From: an uncultured delta proteobacterium | Lineage (GTDB): Bacteria > Myxococcota_A > Polyangia > Haliangiales > Haliangiaceae | Assembly: GCA_963743525.1 (NCBI GenBank) | Contig: CAVUQH010000003.1 | Coordinates: forward strand, 832,001 to 896,000 | Length of the DNA: 64,000 nucleotides | Reading direction: 5' to 3' | Shown here: positions 1 through 11,700 of the stretch, piece by piece | Numbering within the stretch: the stretch's first letter is position 1 | Layout: each line of letters opens with the position of its first letter | Position numbers and translations under genes: made by a program | Notes under the pieces: model-generated | What the model was told of the DNA's origin: nothing | The model's input: the letters and a program-made list of their open reading frames with translations, nothing else | The model's database searches: none

Positions 1-267
1 CGGGATGTCGTGGGGGATGTCGTAGGTCCCCGCCTGCAGCACTCGCTCGACGTTGCCGTACAGGACTTCGAACTCGCCCAGCGCGCGCCCCTGGTCCTTG
101 CGCTCTTCCTCTTCTTCTTCGGCCGCGGCGGTCTCTTCGGCCTCTTCCTGCCGGTGGCGATCCTCTTCGGTGTCGTCGCCGCTCTTGTCGGCCACCGGAG
201 AGCGCTGCTGTTGCGGCTCCAGCTCCTCGTCCGACCGTTCCGGCTGTTTGCGCTGCGCGTCCACCAC
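1..267 (-). CDS. hypothetical protein, 5' part (acidic low-complexity N-terminus), runs off window start
   Basis: Read by hand on the minus strand from GTG at 267: VVDAQRKQPERSDEELEPQQ...EEEEEERKDQGRALGEFEVLYGNVERVLQAGTYDIPHDIP. No stop before position 1; G/C-ending codons. Confidence 0.6.
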   Translation of the reverse strand, partial: MVDAQRKQPERSDEELEPQQQRSPVADKSGDDTEEDRHRQEEAEETAAAEEEEEERKDQGRALGEFEVLYGNVERVLQAGTYDIPHDIP

Positions 268-284
268 CTACCCGCCGTCGCCGA

Positions 285-530
285 TCAGTCTTCGTTGGTT
301 TCCCACCACTGGCACCACCAGGTCGCTCCGACCAGGATGCGCAGCTTGGGGTGCCAGCAATACGACAGCTTCTCGTCCGGGTTCAGGTAGTACAAGCAGT
401 TGTCACACTGCTCGTCCCCGTACGGGACCCCCTTGAGCACCGAGTCCTCGGCCATGTGCCGCAGCTCGAGTGCCTTCTGCTCGTCGATCTCTTTCGGTTC
501 CGGCTTGGGCAGCAGATCGTCGTCAGCCAT
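285..530 (-). CDS. high-potential iron-sulfur protein (HiPIP)-like, no signal peptide
   Basis: C-x2-C-x-Y-Y...C-x14-C pattern (QCDNCLYY...YC...VGATWWCQWW) matches the HiPIP four-Cys signature. Confidence 0.75.
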   Translation of the reverse strand: MADDDLLPKPEPKEIDEQKALELRHMAEDSVLKGVPYGDEQCDNCLYYLNPDEKLSYCWHPKLRILVGATWWCQWWETNED

Positions 531-554
531 CGCCGCATTCTACTCGACCGGCGG

Positions 555-1576
555 TCATTTGACAGCGCGCTGGGCGAACCAGCGCACGGTCTCGACCAGG
601 CCGGGGCCGACCAGATGGGTGGGCTCGTAGCCCACTGCCCCGGTCAGCGCCGAGACGTCGGCCTGCGAGTGCAGCACGTCGCCCGCGCGGGGCGGGAGCA
701 TCGCCGGCTCGGCACCGGCGACCGCCGGATGCGAGGTCGCCAGCTCGTCGCGGATCACGCGGAACAGCTCGCGCAGGTCGGTGCGACCGCCGACGCCGAC
801 GTTGTAGGCGGCGTTGGTCGCCGACGAGTCGGCCATCGCCGACAGGATGTTCGCCTGCACCGCGTTGTCGACGTAGCAAAAGTCGCGGCTGTTCGAGCCG
901 TCGCCGAAGATTTCGCACGTCTCGCCGGCGATCAGCCGGCCGATCCAGCGGGGGATGACCGCGGCGTACGGCCCGTCCGGATCCTGGCGGCGGCCGAAGA
1001 CGTTGAAGTAGCGCAGGCCGATGATCTCCAGCCCGTAGCTGTCCTGGATGACGCCGGCGTACAGCTCGTCGACGTATTTGGTGACCGCGTACGGCGACAG
1101 CTGGCGGCCGATGCGCGCCTCGACCTTGGGCAGCCCGGGGTGGTCGCCGTAGACCGAGCTCGAGCTGGCGTAGACCGCGCGGGTCACGCCGGCGTCGCGG
1201 GCGGCGATCATCACGTTGAGGAAGCCATCGACGTTGGCCCGGTGCGACGCCAGCGGATCGGCGATCGATCGCGGCACCGATCCCAGCGCCGCCTGGTGCA
1301 GCACGAAGTCAACTCCTTCGCAGGCGCGCTTGCAGGTGTCGAGGTCGCAGATGTCGCCTTCGATGAAGCGGAAGCGAGCGCCGTCGCCCGCGCCCGCCAG
1401 CACGTCGTCGAGGTTGTGCTGATGGCCGGTGGCGAAGTTGTCCAGGCCGACGACCTCCTGGCCCAGTGCCAGCAGCTCCTCGAGCAGGGCCGAGCCGATG
1501 AAGCCGGCGACGCCGGTGACCAGCCAGCGCCGCGGCTGGTCGCGAAGAGCGGCGCGGACCTGGTCGTAGCGGGTCA

Positions 1577-1577
<1 letters not shown>
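555..1577 (-). CDS. wbpP: NAD-dependent UDP-GlcNAc(A) C4-epimerase (WbpP/TviC-like SDR)
   Basis: [29 protein letters not shown] and [13 protein letters not shown] motifs. The GTG start overlaps the upstream TAG (TAGTG). Confidence 0.85.
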
Positions 1578-2873
<1,296 letters not shown>

Positions 2874-2951
2874 GGAGGAGCAGGAAAGCACAGCGCAACC
2901 GGCCGGGCAAGAGTGTCTGCGCCGCTCGCGCGGCGGTGCTATCTTCCGCCC

Positions 2952-5229
2952 GTGCCACGAGCCATCCACGAAGGTGACGTGATTCCGCCAGGCTGGGCTG
3001 TGCCCGGTCGGGCCCTGAGGACCGCAGTCACCTGGACGGCGCTGGCCGCGCTGGTCGCCTGTGCCGGTTGTCCGCGCAAGCGCCGGCAGCACCACGGCAG
3101 CAGCAGCACCGGCGTGGTCGATGTGAAGCCGACTCCGGATCTCGACGTGACGCCGGTGACCGGCCCGGTCGAGCCGGCCGCGGTGGCCCATCCGCGGATC
3201 ATCCTCGACCGCGCCACCCAGGCCCGGCTGCGGGCGGCGGCCAAGGCCAAGACGCCGGCGTGGAAGCGGGTGTCGGTGGAGTGCGACCGCTATCTGTCCA
3301 GCGTCGCCGGCGGCAGCTACCAGGGGATGCAGTGGACCGAGGCGGTGGCAAACCTGTCACTCTGCTGGTACGCCACAGGCGAGCGGAAATACGTCGATCG
3401 GGCGCTGATCTACGCCCAGGCGCTGGTCGACGACAAATCCAAGGTCGGCGACGGCCTCGGCGGCGACGCGGTGGTGCGGTCGGACTCGGGCTACGCGATC
3501 CGCTCGTACGGCGTCTACACCGCGCTGGCCTACGACTGGCTGCACGATGCTCCCGGGATGACGCCGGAGCTGCGACAGAAGATGGTCGAGCGGCTGCGGG
3601 TGTGGATCCCCTGGTACCAGGAGAAGGGCTATCTGAAGGACAACCCGTTCGCCAACTACTTCTGGGGCTACTTCACCGCGCTCAACCTGGCGGCGCTGGC
3701 GACCGCCGGCGAGAACCCCGACGCCGACGGTTGGTTGGCGACCGCGCGGCAGCTGATGACCGACAAGATCGTGCCCGCGTTCGGCACCTACCTGCGCGGC
3801 GGCGCCTGGCCCGAGGGCTGGCAGTACGGCGAGCTGGTGGCGATCGAGCTGGCGGTGATCCTGAAAGCGCACCAGACCGCGACCGGCACCAACCTGGTGC
3901 AGCGATTCCCGTGGATCCCCGAGGGCGTAGACCACCAGCTGTTCCGCCTCCTGCCCGACGGCAACAGCACCTACGACAACGGCACCCACGGCAGCAAGCC
4001 TCCCGTGCCCAGCGCCAAGGTGCTGTGGGCGCTGAGCTGGATGCTCGACGGCGTCAACGACGGCAAGGCGGCGCAGGCGCGGTTCGTCGCCGAGCACCTC
4101 TATCCCAAGCTGTCGCGCAACTACGCGTGGGCGATGCTGCTGGCCGAGCGGCCGGGGGCGCCGGAGACGGATCCGCGCTCACCCGACCGCCTGTCGGACT
4201 ACCTGCCCGGACCGGGGCTGACGTTTGCCCGCTCGGGCTGGGATCCGGGCGCCACCTGGGTGTCGCTGCAGGCCGGGCCGAAGATCGCGGTCGACCACCA
4301 GCACAACGATCAGGGCCACTTCGAGCTGTGGCGCGGCGGCGACGCGCTGCTGGTTGACGGTTCCGATGACGGCTACGCGACCATCAACCACAACTCGCTG
4401 CTGATCTACGACGCCGACCACGTGCTCAACTATTCGCCCAACCAGGGCGTGTGGGCGCGCGAGTCCAAGACCGTGCGCTACGGCGACCGGGACGGCGTGA
4501 TGGTGGCGGTCGGCGACCTGGCCGACGCCTGGGCTCCCAAGTGCGCGCTGGACGGCTGCAGCAAGCGGGCGCTGAAGAAGGCGATGCGCACGCTGGTGTT
4601 CGTCCGTCCCAACCTGGTGGTCATCGACGACGACGTCGAGGTCACCGACGATCAGACCGGCGTCGTCTGGGCCGCGCACGTGTCGGTGGTGCCGCAGCTG
4701 GCGGGCAGCCGCGCCAGCGCCGTGGTCGGGCGGTCGCGCGTCAACGTGCACGCCCTGTGGCCCGACGGCGCGACCATCGCGGCGCCCAAGGAGCCGACGC
4801 CCAGCAAGGAGGGCGTCTATCGCGAGAACCTGCCGCGCGGCAACATGTGGCGGCTGGAGACCGACACGCCCAGGGGATTCCGACTCGCGGCACCTCTTGC
4901 ACTGGATCACCGTGGACGCGTCGGGCGCGGCGCCGTCAACGGTCACCCGCATCGACGGCAAGGGCTTGCGCGGCGGCGCCGGGGTGACCGGTGGTCGCGC
5001 GGTGGCGGTGCTGTTCGGCGGCGGCGACGGCGGCAGCGCGGTGCTGACCGGCATGCCCGGCGCAAGGCGCGAGGTGGTGCTGGTCGGGCTCGATCCGGAC
5101 GCCGGCTACCAGGTGACCGCCGCCGGCGGTGGCGACGGCTGCCAGCTGCAGGTGGCCAAGGGCGGGGCGAAGAAGGCCAGCAGCGGCGGCGCGCTGCGCA
5201 TCGATCTCGACGGTTGCACGGTCCGCTGA
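2952..5229 (+). CDS. heparinase II/III-like polysaccharide lyase-type lipoprotein; +1 frameshift at about 4878
   Basis: Lipobox-like [25 protein letters not shown] and [15 protein letters not shown] motifs. The C-terminus continues in ORF 4897..5229 and ends in a TGATG overlap with the next gene. Confidence 0.7.
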
Positions 5230-6527
5230 TGCGCGCGCTGCTGGTTTCGTATGCCTTTCCGCCGGTGGGTGGCGCCGGCGTCGGACGGGTGCTGAAGTTT
5301 CAGAAGTACCTGCCCGACCACGGTGTCAACGTGTCGGTGCTGACCGTGGCCAACCCATCGGTGCCGGTCACCGACGAGTCGCTTGCGCGCGACGTCCGGC
5401 CCGAGACCGAGGTCATCCGCGCGCGCACGTTCGAGCCCGGGTACGCGGTCAAGAAGGCGGCGTGGAGCGAGCAGGGCGGGGCGGCGGCGCGGCGATCGCT
5501 CACCCGGAGGCTGGTCGGCGGCGCGGTATCCGTGGGCAAGCAGGCGCTGGTTCCCGACCCGCAGCTGTTGTGGCAACCGGCGGCGCAGGCGGCGCTGGCT
5601 CGCCGGTTGGCGTCGGCCGACGCCCCCGACGTGGTCTTCATCAGCGGCCCGCCGTTTTCGCAGTTCCTGCTGGCGCCGCTGGCCCGGCTGCGCCCGCGCA
5701 CCAGGGTGGTCCTCGACTACCGCGACGAGTGGATCACCTACCGCACGACCTACGAGATGATGGGCCGGCTGGGCGCCATCGTCGGCGGGCCGATGGAGCG
5801 GACGCTGCTGCGCACCGCCCACGCCGTCACCACCGCGACCGACGCCTTTCGCGACAATCTGCTGGCGAGCTTTCCGTTCCTCGATCCGGACCGGGTCATC
5901 ACCATCCCCAACGGCTACGACCCCGACGACTTCCCCGCCCAGCTGCCGCGTCCGGGCGGCGACCGCTTCGTCATCACCTACGCCGGCACCATTTTCAAGC
6001 TGACCAGTCCGCGCGGTCTGCTCGGCGCCGTCCGCCGGCTGCACGAGCGCGACCCCGAGCTGGCACGCTTGCTGTCCCTGCGCTTCATCGGCCGCATCGT
6101 CAACACCGAGGCCGACGCGTTCGAGGGCACCGAGGAGCTCGGGGTCGAGCGCCTGCCGTACATGGCCAAGGAAGCGGTCACCGAACAGCTGGCCCGCAGC
6201 CACATGACCCTGTGCCTGCTCGATGACGTCCCCGGCAACGAGCGCATCTACCCGGGCAAGGTGTTCGAGCTGATGTACCTGGGCCGCCCATGCTTGACCC
6301 TGGCCCCGCCCGGCGCGTTGTCGGAGCTGGCCACCCGCCACAACCTCGGCCCCGTTCTTCGACCCCGCGACGAGGGCGCCATCGCCGACCACCTGGCCAC
6401 CGCGCTCCGCGCCTTCCGCGACAACACCTACGACTCCACCTCGGCCGCCACCGACATCGACCAATTCCACCGCTCCCACCAGGCCGCCATGCTGGGGACG
6501 CTCTTTAGTTCTTTAGTTTCTTCCTGA
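5229..6527 (+). CDS. glycosyltransferase family 4 (GT-B)
   Basis: [38 protein letters not shown] and PGKVFE motifs. Confidence 0.85.
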   Translation: MRALLVSYAFPPVGGAGVGRVLKFQKYLPDHGVNVSVLTVANPSVPVTDESLARDVRPETEVIRARTFEPGYAVKKAAWSEQGGAAARRSLTRRLVGGAVSVGKQALVPDPQLLWQPAAQAALARRLASADAPDVVFISGPPFSQFLLAPLARLRPRTRVVLDYRDEWITYRTTYEMMGRLGAIVGGPMERTLLRTAHAVTTATDAFRDNLLASFPFLDPDRVITIPNGYDPDDFPAQLPRPGGDRFVITYAGTIFKLTSPRGLLGAVRRLHERDPELARLLSLRFIGRIVNTEADAFEGTEELGVERLPYMAKEAVTEQLARSHMTLCLLDDVPGNERIYPGKVFELMYLGRPCLTLAPPGALSELATRHNLGPVLRPRDEGAIADHLATALRAFRDNTYDSTSAATDIDQFHRSHQAAMLGTLFSSLVSS

Positions 6528-6568
6528 GTACTTCCGCCGACTTGGGGCGACCCCTGTCGCACCCCGGG

Positions 6569-7483
6569 CTACGCGCCCAGGGCCGCGGCGATGTCGCCGA
6601 CGCGGCACGGACGCGCCGCCGGATTGCGCGCCAGGCAGCCGCGGATGACCTGGTCCCAGGTCGGGTCGAGCGCCGGCACTCGCTGCCTCGGCGACGGCGT
6701 CTCGCCGGTCAGTCGGGCATGGGCGATCCGTTTTGCATCGTCACCGACGAACGGCAGCGTTCCGGTGACGAGCTCGAACAGGATGACCCCCAGCGAGAAG
6801 ACGTCGGTCCGCTCCAGAGCCATGCCGCCCTCTACCTGCTCGGGCGCCATGTACGCCGGTGTTCCCAGGATGTGGACCATGTTGCAGCGGCAGCCGAACT
6901 CGTAGCAGCACGGCACCGCCAGGCCGAAGTCGGTGATGACGACGTGGTCCCGTTGCGGCCCGGTGAGGAGGACGTTGGACGGCTTCAGGTCGGCGTGGAC
7001 CACCTCGGCCGCGTGGGCCGCGGCGACTCCGGCCAGGAGCTGGCGCACGAACGGTCGCGCGTCGTCGACCGATAGCGGTGCACGGCTGCGAATCAGGTCG
7101 GCCAGGGTGTCACCCTCGTGCAGCGCCATGGTGTAGAAGACGCGCTCGCCGCTGATCTCGACGTCGAAGACCCGGCAGACGTTGGCATGGGTGACCTTGC
7201 GGGCCAGCCGGATCTCCTCGACGAAGCGCGCCTGGGCCTCGGGCTTGTGCGACAGGTCCGGGCGCAGGATCTTCAGCGCCACGTCCTCGCCGAGCACCGT
7301 GTCGCGGGCCTCGTAGACCTCGCCCATGCCGCCGCCGGCGACGAAGCGGGTGATGCGATAGCGGGTTGCGAGCACGGCCCCCGGCGCGAGCGCCGCCGAG
7401 GCTGCGCGGGCCATTCGATTGGACGAGTTGGCGTCGGTCAAGGTGGCCTCGGCGCCCGGGGCCTGGTCGCGCTCGTCGAGCAT
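6569..7483 (-). CDS. Hanks-type Ser/Thr protein kinase (kinase domain only, non-RD)
   Basis: GGMGEVY, VALK, HADLKPSN, DFG and GTPAYMAPE motifs. Confidence 0.9.
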   Translation of the reverse strand: MLDERDQAPGAEATLTDANSSNRMARAASAALAPGAVLATRYRITRFVAGGGMGEVYEARDTVLGEDVALKILRPDLSHKPEAQARFVEEIRLARKVTHANVCRVFDVEISGERVFYTMALHEGDTLADLIRSRAPLSVDDARPFVRQLLAGVAAAHAAEVVHADLKPSNVLLTGPQRDHVVITDFGLAVPCCYEFGCRCNMVHILGTPAYMAPEQVEGGMALERTDVFSLGVILFELVTGTLPFVGDDAKRIAHARLTGETPSPRQRVPALDPTWDQVIRGCLARNPAARPCRVGDIAAALGA

Positions 7484-7556
7484 GTACCAAGCCTACGCCC
7501 TGCGACTGGGGGTGGCACAAGAGATTGGATTTCTGAGGGAAAAAAGTGAAAAACTA

Positions 7557-9200
7557 ATGAGCGTCCCCATGCGAGAGGTGTTGGTTGGCGATGTGATGAC
7601 GGCTGAGGAGTTGGTGACGTTGCGCCGCTCCGAGAGCCTGCCGAGCGCCGCGGAGCTGATGAAGCTGGCGCGTATCCGCCACTTGCCCGTGGTCGACGAT
7701 CAGCATCGGTTGGTCGGGCTGGTAACCCATCGCGACGTGTTGGCGGCACAGGTTGGCGCGACGTCGCCGCTGGACGACGACGAGCGGTCCGAGCTGCAGC
7801 TGGGGGTTCGCGTCGAGCGGATCATGCACCGCCAGGTGTGGACCGTTCGCCCCGAGCAACCGGCCCTCGACGCGGCCCGGTTGCTCCGCGATCTCGACTT
7901 CGGTTGCGTGCCCGTGGTCGACGGCGAGCGCAAGCTGATCGGCATCGTCACCGAGGCCGACTTCCTCGAGCTCGCCGGTCGCCTGTTCGACGGCGACATC
8001 GACCGGCCGGTGCGCGAGATGATGACCGTCGGCGTGGTCGCACTGGCCCCCGACGACGAGCTGTCGATGGCCGACCTGCTGATGAAGCTCGAGCACATCC
8101 GCCACCTGCCGGTGATCGACGACGCCGGCGCCCTGGTCGGCCTGCTCACCCATCGCGATCTGTTGCGCGCCCGCCGCAGCACGCTGTCGGATGCGCCTGC
8201 CTACCCGGCCAGCATTACCGCGCGGGATCTGATGCAGACCCAGGTCGACACGGTGACCCCCACGACCTCCGCCCTGGCCGCCGTGCGCCGGATGATCGAG
8301 CACCGGCACGGCTGCCTGCCGGTGGTCGACAACGGCCGCGTGGTCGGCATCGTCACCGAGTCCGACTTCCTCCGCGGCATCATCGCCGTGCTGATGCCGC
8401 GCCGCCACCCGCCGCGGCACGACGCGCCGGTCAACTACTACATGACCGAGCACGTGGTGCTGGTGCATCAGGACCAGGACCTCGAGACCGTCGAGCGCAC
8501 GCTCGAAGAACACCGGGTCTCCGGCACCGCCGTGATCGACGACCGCGGCGTGGTCGTCGGTGCCATCTCGCGCAGCGACCTGTTGCGCGCCCGGCTGCCC
8601 GGCGTCGATCACGGCACCGTGCGAGACCTGTTGCGGCTGCCGCCGGAGCCGGTCACCCGGGTGGCGAGCAAGGCGCTGGTGACCACCCGCCCCGACGTGC
8701 CCATCGTCGAGGCCGCCGCCGCCATGCTCGCCCGCGGCGTGCACCGCCTGTTCGTCATCGACGGTGAGCGCCGCCCGATCGGCGTGGTCTCGGTCAACGA
8801 TCTGGCGCTGGCGGTGCGCGACTTCGAGCTCGACGATCCGGTCGCCAGCTACGCCGCCTCGCCGATCTTCACCGTTGACGCCAACGAGTCGCTGGCCAAG
8901 GCACTGGAGCTGCTCGATCTGGCCGGGCTCAGCGGCGTCGTGGTGCGCGATCACGTCTGGCCGGTCGGCTATCTGTCGCACGAAGAGGTGCTGCGCGCTC
9001 GCGATCTGCCCGACCAGACGCCGGTGCAGTTCGCCATGAGCCAGCGGCTGATCACAGTGTCCGCCGATCTGCCCGTGCACCGCGTCGCCGGCCAGGTCGC
9101 GGCGCTTCGCGCCCGTCGCGTGGTGGTTCTCAGCGAGGGGCACGTCTCCGGCGTGCTCACCGGAATGGACTTCGCCCGCGCGCTGGTCGCCGCTCGCTGA
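7557..9200 (+). CDS. multi-CBS-domain protein (about 4 Bateman pairs)
   Basis: Repeated IRHLPVVD...LVGLVTHRD and GCVPVVD...GIVTEADF units. Confidence 0.85.
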   Translation: MSVPMREVLVGDVMTAEELVTLRRSESLPSAAELMKLARIRHLPVVDDQHRLVGLVTHRDVLAAQVGATSPLDDDERSELQLGVRVERIMHRQVWTVRPEQPALDAARLLRDLDFGCVPVVDGERKLIGIVTEADFLELAGRLFDGDIDRPVREMMTVGVVALAPDDELSMADLLMKLEHIRHLPVIDDAGALVGLLTHRDLLRARRSTLSDAPAYPASITARDLMQTQVDTVTPTTSALAAVRRMIEHRHGCLPVVDNGRVVGIVTESDFLRGIIAVLMPRRHPPRHDAPVNYYMTEHVVLVHQDQDLETVERTLEEHRVSGTAVIDDRGVVVGAISRSDLLRARLPGVDHGTVRDLLRLPPEPVTRVASKALVTTRPDVPIVEAAAAMLARGVHRLFVIDGERRPIGVVSVNDLALAVRDFELDDPVASYAASPIFTVDANESLAKALELLDLAGLSGVVVRDHVWPVGYLSHEEVLRARDLPDQTPVQFAMSQRLITVSADLPVHRVAGQVAALRARRVVVLSEGHVSGVLTGMDFARALVAAR

Positions 9201-9225
9201 GCCAATTCGGGTATAACCGCCGCCG

Positions 9226-9933
9226 GTGGAAGAGCGCAGCGCACGAGTCCGGTCGATCACCGAGGTCGCACCGGGCGTCCTCCGCGTCGATCTGGCGGCG
9301 GTCTCCCCGCCCGAGGTGCGCTTCCGCGGCGGCCAGTTCGTGTCGCTGCGCACCGGCCCCGGCTACCACCCGCGACGCAGCTACTCGATCGCCTCGTCGC
9401 CGGCCGACACCTCCGGCTTCTCGCTGCTGGTCAAGACGGTCAGCGCCAGCGCCGCCGGCTACTTCGGCACGCTGGCCGCCGGCGACCAGGTCTGGTTCAA
9501 CGGGCCGATGGGTTTCTTCACCGTGGCCGACCAGCACCCGGGCGACATCGTCATGGCCGCCACCGGCGTCGGTATCTCCGCGGTGCTGTCGCAGATCTAC
9601 GAGCTCCTGGCCCGGCCCGACGACAACCGCGTCCACCTCTTCTGGGGCCTGAACCACGTGCGCGAGCGCTTCGCCACCGACGAGCTCGACGCCCTGGCCG
9701 GCGACCCGCGCTTCTCCTACCAGATCTGGCTGGCCGACGCCGATCCGGCCTGGTCCGGCCCGGTCGGGTTCATCACCGAGCCGGTGGTGGCCAGCGCCGA
9801 CACGCTGACGTTGCCCACCTACTATCTGTGCGGCAACGGGGCCATGGTCGCCGACGTGCGCATCGGCCTGGACGAGCACGGCGTTCCCGCCGAGCGCGTG
9901 CGCACCGAGGTGTTCTACCCGCGCCTGGGCTAG
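9226..9933 (+). CDS. FAD/NAD(P)-binding oxidoreductase (ferredoxin-NADP reductase-like)
   Basis: RxYSIAS, GPMGFF, ATGVGIS, YLCGNGAMV motifs and a C-terminal EVF. Confidence 0.85.
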   Translation: MEERSARVRSITEVAPGVLRVDLAAVSPPEVRFRGGQFVSLRTGPGYHPRRSYSIASSPADTSGFSLLVKTVSASAAGYFGTLAAGDQVWFNGPMGFFTVADQHPGDIVMAATGVGISAVLSQIYELLARPDDNRVHLFWGLNHVRERFATDELDALAGDPRFSYQIWLADADPAWSGPVGFITEPVVASADTLTLPTYYLCGNGAMVADVRIGLDEHGVPAERVRTEVFYPRLG

Positions 9934-9971
9934 CGGCGGCCGGCCACCGGCGCCTGTGCTATGCCGTCTGC

Positions 9972-10577
9972 GTGTTCCTGTTCGCCATTCTCGCCGGCCT
10001 GATGATCTTCGGCGGCGCCGCCGTGGTCTACGGCATCGCCGAGGATCGCGGACATCGCCGCACGCTGTGGGCGCTGTTCGCGCTGGTGGCGTCGTCGGCC
10101 GGCTGTTGGACGGCGTGGCTGTGGCTGAGCTACACGGTCGAGAACGGGTCAACGGATCTGGGGCTTTCCGGCGTGTGGTTGTTGTTCGCGCCGCTCGTCG
10201 GCCATGGCGTGGTGCTGGGCCTGATGGGCGTGACTGCGCCGCCGGCCGTCTCTGCCCGCGGTCGTCGCTGGCGCGCCGCCTGGCTGGGCCTGCCCGATCG
10301 CGACGTCGACAACGCTTGTACGCTCGAGCTGGTCGGCGACGACGCCCTGGCCATTCGCCCGCGCGGTCCGGTGCCCGCGGCCGAGGTGCAATTTCGCGAT
10401 CTGATCGAAGCACGCGCCGACGGCGAGTGCGTGCGTCTTCGCTGGCGCGACGCCTCGGGTGAGCGCACCGCCCTTTTGCAGCCGGTTCCCCACCAGCGGG
10501 CGCGCGAACGACGGGTGCGCTTTGCCGAGGCGCTGGCGCGGCGACTCGACCAGCGCCGGCGCCTGGCCCGTATCTAG
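9972..10577 (+). CDS. hypothetical membrane protein (about 3 TM plus a soluble C-terminal domain)
   Basis: Three hydrophobic segments at the N-terminus; start position is inferred. Confidence 0.55.
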   Translation: MFLFAILAGLMIFGGAAVVYGIAEDRGHRRTLWALFALVASSAGCWTAWLWLSYTVENGSTDLGLSGVWLLFAPLVGHGVVLGLMGVTAPPAVSARGRRWRAAWLGLPDRDVDNACTLELVGDDALAIRPRGPVPAAEVQFRDLIEARADGECVRLRWRDASGERTALLQPVPHQRARERRVRFAEALARRLDQRRRLARI

Positions 10578-10582
10578 CCCGG

Positions 10583-11689
10583 CTAGGCGACGACCGGCGG
10601 CGGCGCGACGTCGTAGTCGAACCACGCCGACGGGTCGCCATCCCTGCCGTCCATCGCCGCCACGGCGACGTTGTACATCTCGCGCGCAGTGACGTAGTGC
10701 AGCCGCCAGCGGTCGCCGTCGTTGTATTCGCGCGCCAGGGTTTCGTGCATCGCCCGGCCGGCATCGCCCAGCAGCGTGGCCGCATTCTTCTCCGGCGCGC
10801 CGTGGGTGTGAACCTTGACGAACACCCACTCGGGCCGGCCGGCGACGTGAATCTCCTGCCTCACCCAGCTGCGCACGCGCGCCGGGCTGGGTGGGTCGCC
10901 GCCGTCGATCGCCGCGCTCTCGATGCGCGGAGCCAGGCGCCCCGGCCGCCGCGCCAGCGCCAGCGGGCCCTCGATCATCAGCAGGCGGTCGTGCTTGCGC
11001 TCGCCGACGCGCGCCCGCTCGCCCTGCTCGTACGCGCGTCGCTGCGCCAGGTCGCCGGTCGGCCAGTAGATCTGGTTGACGATGTTGGGTTGGCACTCGT
11101 CCGGCGCCGACGGGAAGGTGAAGTCGGCGTAGCAGCCGGTTTCGAACAGCAGCGGAATTTCGTCGTCGACGCCGCACCAGCGGCCGTCGGCGCGGGCGTT
11201 GGCCAGGCACCAGTTACCGTGAATGAAGGCGTAGCGCGCGCGGCCGTCGGCGTCGCGGCTGAAGTGGCCGTGACTGCCGAGCAGCTCGAGGTAGCGCTCG
11301 ATGTCGGCGCGCAGCTTTTCGGACGTGTCGCCGTCGTGGTGCAGGTGCAGCTCGACCTCGCCGTAGCCGGCGCGTGCCAGCCGGGCCAGCCGGTCGAGGA
11401 ACTCGGGCGCGTACTCCTCGCCGGGGAAGAAGAAGCTGTGCCGCGGCGGCCGGCCGTCGCCATCGCGAAACCCGTCGGCCATGGCCGGGTAGCCCTCGTC
11501 CCAGGCGCGCACCCGACCGTCGCCGCGGGCGTGGTCAACCTTGCCCCACAGCGGCTCGTAGTGATCGCACACGGCGAACAACAGGTGACGCAGCCCGCGG
11601 ACGCGCGGTCGCCGTGCCCGCGCCGTCAGGTGACGGGCGTAGCCACCCATCCAGGTGTGCAGATTCTTGCGGCGGAGCCGGGCCAGCAT
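10583..11689 (-). CDS. polysaccharide-locus protein, probable metal-dependent deacetylase-like fold
   Basis: CDHYEP, EVELHLHHD, FIHGNW and KVHTHGA His/Asp motifs; lies in an EPS gene context. Confidence 0.6.
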   Translation of the reverse strand: MLARLRRKNLHTWMGGYARHLTARARRPRVRGLRHLLFAVCDHYEPLWGKVDHARGDGRVRAWDEGYPAMADGFRDGDGRPPRHSFFFPGEEYAPEFLDRLARLARAGYGEVELHLHHDGDTSEKLRADIERYLELLGSHGHFSRDADGRARYAFIHGNWCLANARADGRWCGVDDEIPLLFETGCYADFTFPSAPDECQPNIVNQIYWPTGDLAQRRAYEQGERARVGERKHDRLLMIEGPLALARRPGRLAPRIESAAIDGGDPPSPARVRSWVRQEIHVAGRPEWVFVKVHTHGAPEKNAATLLGDAGRAMHETLAREYNDGDRWRLHYVTAREMYNVAVAAMDGRDGDPSAWFDYDVAPPPVVA

Positions 11690-11700
11690 GAACGCGAACT

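Noticed and set aside
2913..6527. Apparent 1204-aa lyase-glycosyltransferase fusion
   Set aside because: Caused by the +1 indel at about 4878. The true lyase C-terminus ends at TGA 5229, where the GT starts.
7513..7528. Sigma54 promoter TGGCAC...TTGG before the CBS gene
   Set aside because: It lacks GC at the required GG-N10-GC spacing.
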